A DNA stretch of 63,357 nt, counting the filler, from Candidatus Zapsychrus exili (GTDB lineage Bacteria > Omnitrophota > Gorgyraeia > Zapsychrales > Zapsychraceae): NCBI GenBank assembly GCA_030765585.1. It is 5 parts of 5 records of this genome, joined end to end, with 100 filler letters (N's around TTAATTAATTAA, not from the genome) between each part and the next. Parts side by side here need not be neighbours in the genome. Positions count along the whole stretch, not along the records: positions 27,691 to 54,203 come from JAVCCJ010000102.1; 4 more parts are not named here. One strand, written 5' to 3'. Position numbers and translations under genes: made by a program. The notes below the pieces were generated by a model. The model worked only from the letters and a program-made list of their open reading frames with translations, searched no databases and had not been told where the DNA came from. Positions 36,004 to 47,700 of the stretch are shown piece by piece; within the stretch, counting starts at the first letter, position 1; the number at the start of each line of letters is the position of its first letter.

Positions 36004-36885
36004 TTATTTCTCCTTTTTCTTAGAAAGCGCTTCAATTGCTGGTGTCATTTGGACATGAAGATCTAACTGCGGAAATGAAATGCGAATTCCGTTTTCTCTA
36101 AATGCTTTATCAATCATAAAATTAATTTCACTACGTAAAACCTTTTGATTATCTGGTCTAGCTGTCCAAATTAATAAATCAAAATTTAAGGACGAATCTC
36201 CAAACTCTAAAAATCGTACTTCTGCAGAAGGCTCATTTAAAACCTCGCTGTGTTCATTTGCAATATTTAGAAGAACTTGATTTACCAAATCAACGTTCGA
36301 CCCATATGCAACACCAATAGGACAGTGAAGCCTAATCCTAGGGTCATCCATAGACCAATTTATAACATCATTCTCAATAAACTTTGTATTAGGCACAACT
36401 ATCGTTACATTATCAAATGTTCTGATAATAGTTGAGCGCATATTAATGCTCAAGACCTCAGCAATACTATCTCCGTGCTTAATCAAATCTCCAACGCCTA
36501 TAGGTCTTTCAAAAAGCAATATTATTCCAGATATAAAGTTTGATGTAATATTTTGTAAACCAAAACCTATACCTACACCTAAAAAACCAAATGTAACGGC
36601 TAGGGTGCTAAAATTAAGACCAATACATTGAGCAGCCAAGAAAACACCCAACACTAAAAAGCTATAATGAATAATTCTACTAAGCGAATATACAGCAGCG
36701 CTCGTTAGTTTTAATTGCTTGTATAGTCTTTTACGTAATAGTCTCTGAGAAACAGCTGATACAATCAAAGCTCCTAGAAATATACAAATAGCTAGTCCAA
36801 CCTTCCCGAGAGTAACCGCAGCATCTCCTATGTGTAAAATAGGGAAGTTAATCCAATTAATAATTCCTTTAAATCCAGTTTCCAT
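36004..36885 (-). CDS. Small-conductance mechanosensitive channel (MscS family)
   Basis: GVGIGFGLQNITSNFISG, VGDLI, FGDSSLNF, ISFPQ. Confidence 0.93.
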   Translation of the reverse strand: METGFKGIINWINFPILHIGDAAVTLGKVGLAICIFLGALIVSAVSQRLLRKRLYKQLKLTSAAVYSLSRIIHYSFLVLGVFLAAQCIGLNFSTLAVTFGFLGVGIGFGLQNITSNFISGIILLFERPIGVGDLIKHGDSIAEVLSINMRSTIIRTFDNVTIVVPNTKFIENDVINWSMDDPRIRLHCPIGVAYGSNVDLVNQVLLNIANEHSEVLNEPSAEVRFLEFGDSSLNFDLLIWTARPDNQKVLRSEINFMIDKAFRENGIRISFPQLDLHVQMTPAIEALSKKKEK

Positions 36886-36942
36886 ATAATCTCCTCTTAC
36901 TTTAATAAAACTATAAATATACCAACATGTTTTAGCTTCATT

Positions 36943-38651
36943 TTACTTATTTGTATAAAATCTATTCTTACCTGTCTTTTTTGCTTGATATAAAGCTGAA
37001 TCAGCTTTCTGCATAAAATCATATCTATTAGTATCTTTATTTAAAGACAATTGTGCAATACCAACGCTTATCTTCATAACTTGCTTTAATTTTAGTTCAC
37101 TAACTTTACCTATTATTTTATTAGCCACTATTTCTGCATCAGACACTTTCGTGTCAGGCAATATGATAACAAATTCATCGCCTGCATATCTACATGCTAT
37201 ATCAATGTCTCTAATGTTTTCTTTAAAAGCTTTCGATAATTCCTTTAACAAGATATCTCCCTCTAAATGACCATATGTATCATTGTAGGATTTAAAATCA
37301 TCTACATCTATCATGAGCATGCATAAAGGTATTCCATGTCGTTTGGCTCTACTTATTTCACGATCAAGCGTTTTTGTAAAATGTCTAAAATTATATATGC
37401 CGGTTAAAGGATCAGTTATCGTTAAAAATTCTAAATTCTTGTACAGTTTAGAAGCTTCTATAGACACTCCTACCTGGCGGACAATCATACACAATGTCTT
37501 TAGATCTAGTTCATTAAATATAGGGTCTTCTTTATTCTTTTTGTCCGAAACACTTAAAACTCCAAGAATCTGATCTTCTAATTTGATAGGTGCGCATATA
37601 AAAGATTTACCTTTATACGAAGGTCTACTCTTTCTTAAAAATCTATTATCTTTTTCGATGTCTGAAACAAGCATAGGCTGTCCTTCTAGGGCAACTAAAC
37701 CAGCTATAGGATCTCCCATCTTTAATTTTGTTTTTAAAGCAACTTCATCGCTTAACCCAACATAACCCCTCAAACATAATTCTTGTGATTTTTCATCTAC
37801 TAACATAAGAGAACACTTAGATGCCTCTAAAATCTTTGTTGTTTTATCTACAACAAAATCAACCAATTTATTTAAATCTAACACTTTATGTAATCCCTCT
37901 TCCAAATTAAGTACTTGTTCCAACTTATTTCTTTCTAAATCTAACCTCATTCTCAATTCTTTTTCTTTTCTCTCTGCATCTATTCTTTCTGTAATGTCTC
38001 GAGCAATAACAGAGGCTCCAATAATTTTATTTAAGGCATCTCTTATAGGTGACACAGACAAAGAAACATTGATTAAAGATCCATCTTTCTTCAATCTAAC
38101 TGTTTCATAGTGTTTAAGTTTTTCACATTAGAAATTTTTGTTAATATATCTGATAATGCACTATGCTCTTCTTGTGGAATTAATACAGATGTCGATTTAC
38201 CAATAAGCTCTTCCTTAGAATAATCAAACATTGCTTTACAACTTTCATTCCAGTCAGATATATGCCCATCTAGCGTTATAGACCATATCGCATCTTCTGA
38301 TGAATTAACAACAGAAGCAAACCTAGAATTAAGCTTGCTCACAGCTTTATAATATAAGAACCAAGAATGTATTGACCAAATAATAATTAGAATGAGTAAA
38401 TGATTTAACAAAACTCTTAGAACTTGGCCTGTAGGGGGAACAACTATAAGAGATGTTATAAGCAATACTGAAGATAAAATAGCAACAATATAAGAATGTT
38501 TTTTATTGGAAGATTGCAAAGAAAGCAATACTACAACAATATAAAAAAGTCCTCCAATTGCCCAACGTATAGATAAATCCATATAAAATGCAAAAATACT
38601 TAATACAATGCACAATATAAACATATACGAATCTTTAATATTCAATTTCAT
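36943..38651 (-). pseudogene. TM-PAS-GAF-GGDEF diguanylate cyclase split by a 1-bp deletion near 38125
   Basis: ORFs 38091-38651 and 36943-38094 each carry half of one PAS domain; adding one G restores ISNGEKLKHYETVRLKKDG; AGDEF active site. Confidence 0.8.
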
Positions 38652-38664
38652 ATTTCTCTTTCAA

Positions 38665-39954
38665 CTAAAAACTTTTATTATATTTTAAATACACCTTTTC
38701 ATCAGTCTTAGCTTTATTTGTATCATCTGCGAAATCTTCAGACCCATTCTTCTCTTCTATGCTTTTTTCCACACCAACAGATACACTAGAATTAACCTTA
38801 TACTCGCCTTGCACTTTTTGTGTAACAGTCGACTGTTCTTTTTGATCAATTGTATTGCCAACACCATATCCAATATCCATCTTATCCGTTAAATCCTTCT
38901 TTGCAAAAATGCCTGTTTTGTTTTTATCTACATCGAAGGATAGCTCACTCAATCCAAAGAACTCAGCGAATGAATTATCTGTATTGCTAAATAAGAAATA
39001 ACCAATAAAATCCTTAGCTAAACCAGGAGAGAGCGTTCCAGAATCCATAGACTGTTCTACTCCTTTTAATCTTTTTCCCGATACTAGCATAAACATAATT
39101 TTCTCTTTAGATAAACTAGGATCAGATGACAAATTAGTAACAGGTTTTTTGACAGTTCCCCTTATTGCTAATTTAATTTTCACCTTATCTATATCTGAAT
39201 TTCCCCTAATATTAAGAGATGGATTTTGAGGTATGCCAAGAAAGCTAACAGAGCTATCTTCTAATTCAACGGTGGTATTTCTTGATTGAACTGATCCTGT
39301 TTTTAAAGAAATGTTACCAAAAACTTTCAAACTTCTCTCTATATCTCGAAGGTTAATAACAACTTCAATATCAGACTTTTGTAATGACACCTGTTTATAC
39401 GATATTTTATCTGTTATTATTCTTCCCTTTATTTCTGGTGATGAAACCTTGCCGTTTATATACAAATCAACTTCGCTCAAATACCCAGATAACGCAAATC
39501 TTGCTTTATTAACTTTAGGGAAATAGCTTAAAATGTCTTCTATAGCTACTTCTTTAGAATATATATTAAAATTTACTTTTTTATTTCTAAACGATCCAGA
39601 AATGACAATTGGCTCAGAATATGGCAAGAAGACCCTAGCATTATCAACCTGGATAATCGGACGTATAATATCAAAATAATTTAATTTAATAAATAGCTGC
39701 TGTATCTTAACAATAGTTCCTTCAGATGCGCTCTTAATATTGTGCATTTCAGCGCCATAGAAAGTAACCCCTACTAACAAATTGCCATCTAATTTCTCAA
39801 AGGCTATATCTTCTTTTAAAACATATTTATACAATACACTACTAATAACAAATTTAGCACCACCTTTTGTAAGCAAAATATAGGAAAATATTAACCCAAT
39901 GATAACAAATAACATTAAAAAAACCTTAATAGTTGTAATTTTAATTTTAAACAT
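38665..39954 (-). CDS. TamB/AsmA-like protein
   Basis: N-terminal TM, G.P.NP.LNI...LSSDPSLS..I..LV.G TamB-C pattern. Confidence 0.75.
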   Translation of the reverse strand: MFKIKITTIKVFLMLFVIIGLIFSYILLTKGGAKFVISSVLYKYVLKEDIAFEKLDGNLLVGVTFYGAEMHNIKSASEGTIVKIQQLFIKLNYFDIIRPIIQVDNARVFLPYSEPIVISGSFRNKKVNFNIYSKEVAIEDILSYFPKVNKARFALSGYLSEVDLYINGKVSSPEIKGRIITDKISYKQVSLQKSDIEVVINLRDIERSLKVFGNISLKTGSVQSRNTTVELEDSSVSFLGIPQNPSLNIRGNSDIDKVKIKLAIRGTVKKPVTNLSSDPSLSKEKIMFMLVSGKRLKGVEQSMDSGTLSPGLAKDFIGYFLFSNTDNSFAEFFGLSELSFDVDKNKTGIFAKKDLTDKMDIGYGVGNTIDQKEQSTVTQKVQGEYKVNSSVSVGVEKSIEEKNGSEDFADDTNKAKTDEKVYLKYNKSF

Positions 39955-39966
39955 AACTATAAAGAA

Positions 39967-40281
39967 TTAGCGATTCATAAGTTTTATCTGGTCACTATTA
40001 TTACGGGATATCTTTCTTAAATTTTTAGCTACTTTGGTACCCTTTAAAGCGTTAATCATAACTTCATTACCTATCACAGCATTAGCCCAACCTCTTTCTA
40101 TAACAAAAATTCTTTCAACACGTGAGTTATAATCAACAATTGTAATTTCTTTTGTCTCTTCATTTACAGCTATAACCTCTCCTACAAAGAAGTCTCTATC
40201 TTTTCTAAGCATAGAATGTGCAGGTGATGCAACAATACAAGAAAACACTATTACTATTAATAAAATTACTATTTTTTTCAT
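39967..40281 (-). CDS. Small secreted OB-fold-like hypothetical protein
   Basis: Signal peptide; GEVIAVN..ITIVDY...F....G.EV.I. Confidence 0.65.
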   Translation of the reverse strand: MKKIVILLIVIVFSCIVASPAHSMLRKDRDFFVGEVIAVNEETKEITIVDYNSRVERIFVIERGWANAVIGNEVMINALKGTKVAKNLRKISRNNSDQIKLMNR

Positions 40282-40669
40282 TTATATCTCCTTTTGTTAC
40301 AATACGTTAGTGAACAATAAATCACTATTCACACTATAAACTATTCTATTGTTAAATTTCATAAATCATTATAGCATTGTTTACTTGAAACCATACAAAG
40401 ACTTCATAGCCGCGGTCTCTAGATAATAGAGATCACTCCGCCAGCTCTATTGCTTAAAATATATACCAACGGAGTGATTTAAAAAGCTTAAACATGAAAT
40501 ACAAAGAAATTATTACATCTCTATTTCTGGCTTAGGCTTTGGCTTCCTTTTTATAGTTTTTCCCATTTTTAGCCCCCTTTATATCGTTAGACTATATAAA
40601 ATAATTTATTAAATTAATCGTAAGTTATCCAAACTAATATTATATTAGTGCCACTTGCTTTAGTGATAC

Positions 40670-41005
40670 TTAGTCAACCAAACTTACATCCTTAGCCACA
40701 TTTGAACCTCTATTAAATGTTATCTTAACTTCATCCCATTTATCAAGAGATAATAACAAGTCCTTATCATTAACCATGAATGTTACATCTTCTTCTGATT
40801 CAAGATTTCTTACAACAATCTGATCATCCTTAATATTGATAAGAATAATGCTACCTTGCATTTCATCAATTACAATCACTGGCTTTGGAGCTTTCCTATC
40901 TTGTATTTCTTTTCTTCTCTTATGATCAATCATTCCAGCAAAACTTGGCGTAATTGTTAAAACCATTAAGTTCACTAGCAATATGATACTTATAACTTTT
41001 TTCAT
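40670..41005 (-). CDS. Small secreted OB-fold-like hypothetical protein
   Basis: Signal peptide; GSIILIN...IVV...TF.V...L...DEVKITF...VAKDV. Confidence 0.65.
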   Translation of the reverse strand: MKKVISIILLVNLMVLTITPSFAGMIDHKRRKEIQDRKAPKPVIVIDEMQGSIILINIKDDQIVVRNLESEEDVTFMVNDKDLLLSLDKWDEVKITFNRGSNVAKDVSLVD

Positions 41006-41082
41006 GCTTTATCTCCTTCTAATTCTATTTGCTAAATATTGATTTCATTTTTCCAAACCTGCTAAACTCTTACAAGTTTATT

Positions 41083-41490
41083 CTATTCTTCCTCTTCTAC
41101 GATTATCTCGTCAGATTCATAAATATCCTCTGAATCAACACCCCCCAATTCTTCAAACAAACTTTCAGTATTCTCCTTATAAATACTAGTAATGGACTTA
41201 GAATATGATGTCTGTTTATATTCTATTGAGACCTCAGCTCCTTTTTTTAAGTCGTCTAAAGAAGCAATATTCTCCAACTGAATATTCTCATCTATATCAT
41301 AGTTCACTAAAATATCGTCTTCTGCAGTTAAATTATATTCCTCTAAAATAATTCCCTGTTCAGAAGCTTCAACGATAATACCGAATGCATACTCCTTTTT
41401 TTCTACAGTCTCTACAGTCTCCTGTGCTATTGCTGGAAACGCACAAACAACAACAAAAAATAAACTTAAAAATACTCTTTTAATAACCAT
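41083..41490 (-). CDS. Secreted OB-fold-like hypothetical protein with acidic tail
   Basis: Signal peptide; FGIIV...LKKGAEVSIEY. Confidence 0.65.
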   Translation of the reverse strand: MVIKRVFLSLFFVVVCAFPAIAQETVETVEKKEYAFGIIVEASEQGIILEEYNLTAEDDILVNYDIDENIQLENIASLDDLKKGAEVSIEYKQTSYSKSITSIYKENTESLFEELGGVDSEDIYESDEIIVEEEE

Positions 41491-41504
41491 TGTTTTTCCT
41501 TTCT

Positions 41505-41864
41505 TTATTTCACTTTTAATATATTATTTACTTTTTCTAACAACACATCAGTTCCTTCTGACTTATCAAAGTAATCATAAGCCATATCTATCAATTCTTC
41601 TTGCTCATCAACATTTAACACGCTCGAAACTAAAACTTTTAAACTAGGATCATATTCCTGTATTACACCAAACATAATGTCGCCATTAATATCGGGCATA
41701 TTTATATCTAAAATTATCAAATCTATTGAATGCTGACGTATTAGTATATTCGTTGCTTCAACTGCGTCACTTGCCTCAAGCACTTGATAACCCTCTGATA
41801 CTAATAAGTTGCTATACAGGTCTCGTATTTTCGGCTCATCCTCTACAATCAATATTTGTTTCAA
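41505..41864 (-). CDS. Single-domain response regulator
   Basis: ILIVEDE, IILDINMPDING. Confidence 0.9.
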   Translation of the reverse strand: MKQILIVEDEPKIRDLYSNLLVSEGYQVLEASDAVEATNILIRQHSIDLIILDINMPDINGDIMFGVIQEYDPSLKVLVSSVLNVDEQEELIDMAYDYFDKSEGTDVLLEKVNNILKVK

Positions 41865-42018
41865 AGTCTACCCCCTTTCTGTTATGCAAATTTATTTTAA
41901 CTAATCAAATAATGCATTAATCAATGCAGAGAATATAGCAAACATGACATTAAAATAAGATTAAATTAAGATTAAAAATTTCTCATTTAGGAAATAAAGA
42001 AATGGTGGGTTAAAGAGA

Positions 42019-43524
42019 CTAACTTGTGGCGGGAAGTGTAATAGTAAAAATTGAACCTTTACCTTCTGTACTAGAAACCTTGATATCACCTTTATGTATT
42101 TTAGCTATTGATAGAGCAATGTTGAGCCCTAAACCATTACTTGGACTAGAAGGATCATAAAATTCATTCTTATGAAAGAATCTATTGAAAATCTTTGGCA
42201 TATTTTCTTCAGGTATACCTACTCCATTGTCAGTAATGCTAGTATGAACGCAGTCTTTCTGAACAACTATATCTATCGCAATCTTTCCTTTGACGGGCGT
42301 AAATTTAATGGCGTTATGAATTATGTTAAAAAACAACCTTCTTAAATGAACATTATCAGCTTCTAAATTAAACTTACATTTAGGAAAACTTATTTCTAAT
42401 CGGAGTTCTTTCTCAGATGCAAGAATTTTAGTTTGCTCACATATTTCTTTAAGAAATTTATTTCCAGAGATAGGCTCTAGCTTAAATATTTCAGGCCTAT
42501 AATCAAATTTAGATAACAATAACAAGTCCTCAACGGTCTTTAGCAATCTTCTCGACTCCTCAAGACTTGTCTTAATTACTCTCTTGTATTCCTCGGGACT
42601 TCTTACCTTTCTTAGAGCAAGCTCACATTCTCCTCTAATAATGGCTATCGGAGTTTTTAATTCATGAGCAACTTCCGAACTAAACTGAGTTATATGACTA
42701 AAAGAATTCTGCAATCTTGCAATCATTTCATTAAAAGCCTCAACTAGATTTTTCATCTCTTCATCAATATATTTATACTGCAATCTTTTACTTAAATTTT
42801 CGTGCGTTATGTTTCTAGCTGTATCTATAATTTCGTCCACTGGACCTAAAATTCTACGAACAATAAAATGTCCAAGGAATCCGTATAATATTAAAATTAG
42901 AGGTATACTTAAAATTGTCACGTACAATCTATTTTGTAATAGATAAACAATAGGCTTTTGAGACACAGCTATCTGGACTAAATATTGTTGACCACCAATA
43001 ACAAACTTGGATTGTCTTAATCGTAGATTCTTTTTCTTAAATTTAATTACTTTGTAATCTGTGGCTTCCTTTTTAATCGCCATGTTTCTTTGAAAAACTT
43101 TCCACAAATCACCAAATAAATTCTCAGACTTAACAATTGTATTTCCCTTGCTATCTGACAAATGAATAAAATATTCACTCAAATTTAACTTCTCATATTT
43201 CTTGTTCCATTTATCCTCAAACTTAACAATTTCCTTTTTATAGTAATCTGTAATATTACCTTTCTGCCCCTTATGCTCCCCCTTCAAAGTGATGACTCTT
43301 CGCATAACAAAAACTAAAGAATACCTGTCTTGCGGCAAAATATCTGCATAATTATAGATAGACTCAAGAACAGATTCTACCCTAACATTTAACTCACTAT
43401 CAAGCTCATCATAAAGAGTCCTGTATAAGCTAAAATATAAGAAAGCACTATATAGAACCAAAATGAAACCTAGAATTAAGGTCGTAAAAATACTAATTTT
43501 AAATTTAAGTGTGTTAAACTTCAC
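42019..43524 (-). CDS. HAMP sensor histidine kinase (CusS/CzcS-like)
   Basis: HELKTP H-box, NAIKFT, DNGVGI, GLGL. Confidence 0.93.
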   Translation of the reverse strand: MKFNTLKFKISIFTTLILGFILVLYSAFLYFSLYRTLYDELDSELNVRVESVLESIYNYADILPQDRYSLVFVMRRVITLKGEHKGQKGNITDYYKKEIVKFEDKWNKKYEKLNLSEYFIHLSDSKGNTIVKSENLFGDLWKVFQRNMAIKKEATDYKVIKFKKKNLRLRQSKFVIGGQQYLVQIAVSQKPIVYLLQNRLYVTILSIPLILILYGFLGHFIVRRILGPVDEIIDTARNITHENLSKRLQYKYIDEEMKNLVEAFNEMIARLQNSFSHITQFSSEVAHELKTPIAIIRGECELALRKVRSPEEYKRVIKTSLEESRRLLKTVEDLLLLSKFDYRPEIFKLEPISGNKFLKEICEQTKILASEKELRLEISFPKCKFNLEADNVHLRRLFFNIIHNAIKFTPVKGKIAIDIVVQKDCVHTSITDNGVGIPEENMPKIFNRFFHKNEFYDPSSPSNGLGLNIALSIAKIHKGDIKVSSTEGKGSIFTITLPATS

Positions 43525-44198
43525 CGGTGAGACTCGCTTAGAATATAACCTGTTCCGCGAATAGTATGGATAAGTTGCTTTTCAAAACCTTTATCAATCT
43601 TGCTTCTAAGGTATCTTACGTATACATCTATAATATTAGTAAAGCTGTCAAAACTTTCATCCCAAACATGCTCAGAAATCATTGTCCTTGTGATAACTTG
43701 ATTTGCATTTATCAAGAAATACTCTAACAAAGCATATTCTTTGCTAGTCAGAGAAATATCTTTTCCTCCCCTAGTAGCTTTATGAGTTATTTGGTTTAAC
43801 TCTAAGTCGGAAATCTTAAGAACAGTATTTTTCTCCTTACCATCTCTTCTTAGCAAAGCTCTCACTCTTGCCAAGAATTCCTCAAATGCAAAAGGCTTAG
43901 TCAAATAATCATCAGCCCCAGCATCTAGACCCTGTACTTTGTCTTCTGTGGCATCTCTTGCGGTTAACATAAGTATTGGAGTATTTATTTTATTCTTTCT
44001 TATTTGACGACACACATAAATTCCGTCTTTGCCTGGTAACATAATATCTAAGACAATTAAATCATACTCATTAATATCCACCAAATAAAGAGCATCATCT
44101 CCGTTACAAGACACATCTACCGCAAACTTCTCTTCCTTCAATCCTCTTTGGATAAAGTTTGCAATCTTTTTTTCATCTTCAACTAATAATATTCTCAT
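43521..44198 (-). CDS. OmpR-family response regulator (CusR/CzcR-like)
   Basis: REC plus wHTH; GADDYLTKPF, IHTIRGTGY. Confidence 0.95.
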   Translation of the reverse strand: MRILLVEDEKKIANFIQRGLKEEKFAVDVSCNGDDALYLVDINEYDLIVLDIMLPGKDGIYVCRQIRKNKINTPILMLTARDATEDKVQGLDAGADDYLTKPFAFEEFLARVRALLRRDGKEKNTVLKISDLELNQITHKATRGGKDISLTSKEYALLEYFLINANQVITRTMISEHVWDESFDSFTNIIDVYVRYLRSKIDKGFEKQLIHTIRGTGYILSESHR

Positions 44199-44208
44199 AA
44201 TTTTATCA

Positions 44209-44700
44209 TTATTTTAATGTATCACTAATTGTAGCAGCCATAGAAGCAGGAAACGCTACAAGAATAATTCTTTTTATTGCAAGCAAGTTATCAACTCCCC
44301 ATGGACATTTAAGAATAACTGAAAGAAACAAGCCTACTGCAAGCAACGACAAACCATAGGTAACAACAACTCTCTTTACATAATTAAAAATATGCCCCTT
44401 AAAATTAAATCTATAAAAATTATAATAAACAAAGCTAGAGATAAAGAAAACTGACATAAAAGCTATATAAAGAATGTTTCTAAAAGGAAGTTCTTTTGAT
44501 AATACCCAAACTTCCTCCGTAAAAGCAACTGGCACACATAATAGATACGCTCCAACTATAATTTGCAATACATCTCTTGGTCTAAGCTCAACTTGAAAAG
44601 GAGTAACAATGCTATGTATAACCTTTCCAGTTTCATCGATTATAGGCGTGACCTTATGGAGATATCCACCTATTCTTTCAACTTTAGCTTTCTTAGACAT
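44209..44700 (-). CDS. DUF2391-like membrane protein
   Basis: QIIVGA...VPVAFTEEVW; FPASMAA. Confidence 0.75.
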   Translation of the reverse strand: MSKKAKVERIGGYLHKVTPIIDETGKVIHSIVTPFQVELRPRDVLQIIVGAYLLCVPVAFTEEVWVLSKELPFRNILYIAFMSVFFISSFVYYNFYRFNFKGHIFNYVKRVVVTYGLSLLAVGLFLSVILKCPWGVDNLLAIKRIILVAFPASMAATISDTLK

Positions 44701-44763
44701 TTTATTTACCCTCCTAGTTGCAACATATCATAAAAAATTAAATTTATTTCAATAAAGAAGCTA

Positions 44764-47700
44764 TTAATTACCAATAATACTATTAATTCCTTTAATCGGA
44801 ACTGAAACCCAACCTGGACGATTATTAAGCTCATAATTTAACTCATAAATTGCTTTCTCAAGAAGGAAAGTTTTAAGCAGCATATCAAACTCATCCTTAT
44901 TAGACGGAACCAAGGAACTTTTTCCTAATGTATCTAAGTATTCATTTAAGAACACTCCTGCTGCATGCTGATACCATACATCTGCCCAAGATTCTAAAAC
45001 AGCTATATTTTCTGGCCTTAAAGTAGGTCTTAATAAAATTGAACCATGAGCAGCATAGTGAAACGAACGAATCATGCCTGCAACATCTCTTAAAGCAGAA
45101 CGCTTTAATCTTCTTTCACTTAATGCTCTTGCCGGCTCTCCTTCAAAATCTATAATCTGAAAATCTTTTCCCGTATAAAGCACCTGACCTAAATGATAAT
45201 CTCCATGAATTCTTATTTTCATAGCTGATATTTTTTTATTTAATATTTTCTTAAATACGCCAAATATTTTGGTTTCTAAAGACAATGTATTCTCAGCCTC
45301 AGACTTTAGATCACTCTTTATATCTTTTAAATTATTATTTAACAGCTTAAAAGTTTTCTTTGTTAAGCCTCTCATAGATTGATAAACAGATCTCTGGTAC
45401 AATAGAGAAAAAGCAACAGGAGTAAACTCTCCTGAAGGCTTACCAGAAGACAGCTCCAAGTGCATCTGAGCTGTTCGTGCACCTAGCAATTTAGCCAACT
45501 CAAAATAATAGCTTCCAGCATAATCCAAAACAACCTCTGGAATTTTATCTATATCGACATCTAGCAAAGAATTTGTCAAAACAGGAATCTCTTCTTCTGA
45601 TCTTTCTTTGTTAGATAATACCATCTCAAAATACTGGCCTAAATGATCTTTTGTATAAGTCCAAGCATCTCCTTGATTCGCAATATAATTCTCCAGCATA
45701 CATAGGACAGTTGATCCTTTTTTCTTTGAATGATATTCAATAGTTCCAGCGAAAGAAGGAGCAAATGAAGCATTTTTCTTTTCTGATAAGAACTTTACAA
45801 CTTCACAATCAGGATTTATGCCCTCTTCTATTTTTCTAAAGAACTTCAAGAAGAAAACATCTTCATAGATTATTGCACTATTGCTTTGCTCTACCTTAAG
45901 AACATTAGACGTTAAATTGTCTCTAAAAGTTTTATTAAAGTTTTTACCTTTTAAGCACACAACGTCGCCCTTGATTCCATTCATTTTCTTTTTCTTTGCT
46001 ATCATAGAAAGAAGAGCTTGGTGAAGCTTTTCATTGTAAATACCATCATACAAAATACCATCCTCATCACCAACGTTCAATTGAGCAACAATTCCCTGCA
46101 AATAATCTTTTGTAACAAGGTGTGCAGCTCCACCCTTAATATAAGCAAATGGCATCAAATATGTACTAGAAGATCCTTCGGCAAAAGATACTTCTAATAT
46201 AGCAAGTCTTGCAACAATAGAGTCAGTAGATATGGGAAAGTTCTCAAGAATCTTAACATGAGACACATTGCTTCCTTTTTCGCCAAACCATCGACACTTT
46301 TTTAAATAACTAGGCAAAACTTCTTTTTCTAGCAAATTCAAATTATCGCCTTTAAATACCTCTTGCCATGACAACTCGGCATTTAAAATAGGAACCTTTT
46401 TTTGTTTCTTAGAAGATTTTTGTGCCTTTACTTCCTCAAGCTTAAGCCAATAATGATTATGTGGCCCTAAAGTTATGTTATATGGCTCTTCTTTTATTTG
46501 CGGAAACTTATTTTGACTAAATACTTCTTCTGGCACGAATCCTTTGTATTGAGACAAATCAAGCTCAACAGATTGAGCAAAACGAGACAAATTAATAACG
46601 ACCAAGACTATTTCATCATCTTTTCTACGTATAAAAGTCAGAACTTTTGCATTTTCTGGAAATAAAAACTCAAGACTTCCATGACCAAACGACTTAAGTT
46701 TCTTTCTCATATCAATAACACGCCTCATCCACCAAAGTGTTGAGGAAAGGTTTAAATCCTGGTTCTCAACATTTATAGTTTCATAATGATATTCTGGATC
46801 AATAATAGTGGGTAAATATAACTGCTGTGGATTGACATTAGAAAACCCGGCGTTTCTATCTGGGCTCCACTGCATTGGAGTGCGCACGCCATCTCTGTCT
46901 CCAAGATAATGATTGTCTCCCATACCGATCTCATCTCCATAATAAATGATAGGTGTTCCAATAAGAGAAAATAACAATATATTCATAAGCTCTATTTTCT
47001 TTCTATCATTTCCTAAAAGAGGTACCAATCTGCGACGAATTCCTAGATTTATTTTTGACTGAGAGTCTTTTGCATAAACCCTATACATATAATCTCTCTC
47101 TTCATCCGTTACCATCTCTAGCGTCAACTCGTCATGATTTCTTAAAAATATTGCCCACTGACAGTTGTTAGGGATATCTGGCGTCTGCTCTAATATATCA
47201 ACTATAGGAAAACGATCTTCCATTTGAAGCGCCATATACATACGAGGCATAAGAGGAAAATGAAAAGCCATCTGACATTCTTTTCCTTTTCCAAAGTAAT
47301 TAATGGCATCTTCTGGCCATTGATTTGCCTCAGCTAAAAGCATTTTATCTTTAAACTTTTTATCTACATGTGTACGTAATTTCTGCAAGAATTGATGTGT
47401 CTTAGGAAGGTTTTCACAATTTGTACCGTCTTGTTCATAAAGATATGGAACTGCATCAAGCCTTAAGCCATCGACTCCAAGGCCAAGCCAAAAATCAGTT
47501 ACCTTAAATATTTCTTTTTGAACATCCGGATTGTCAAAATTTAAATCAGGCTGGTGAGAATAAAAACGATGCCAATAATAAGCATCTGCTTGTGCATCCC
47601 AAGACCAATTAGATGTCTCGAAATCTTTAAATATTATCCGAGCATCCTTATATTTATCTGCGTCTTTACTCCAAACATAGTAGTCTCTCCATTTAGATTT

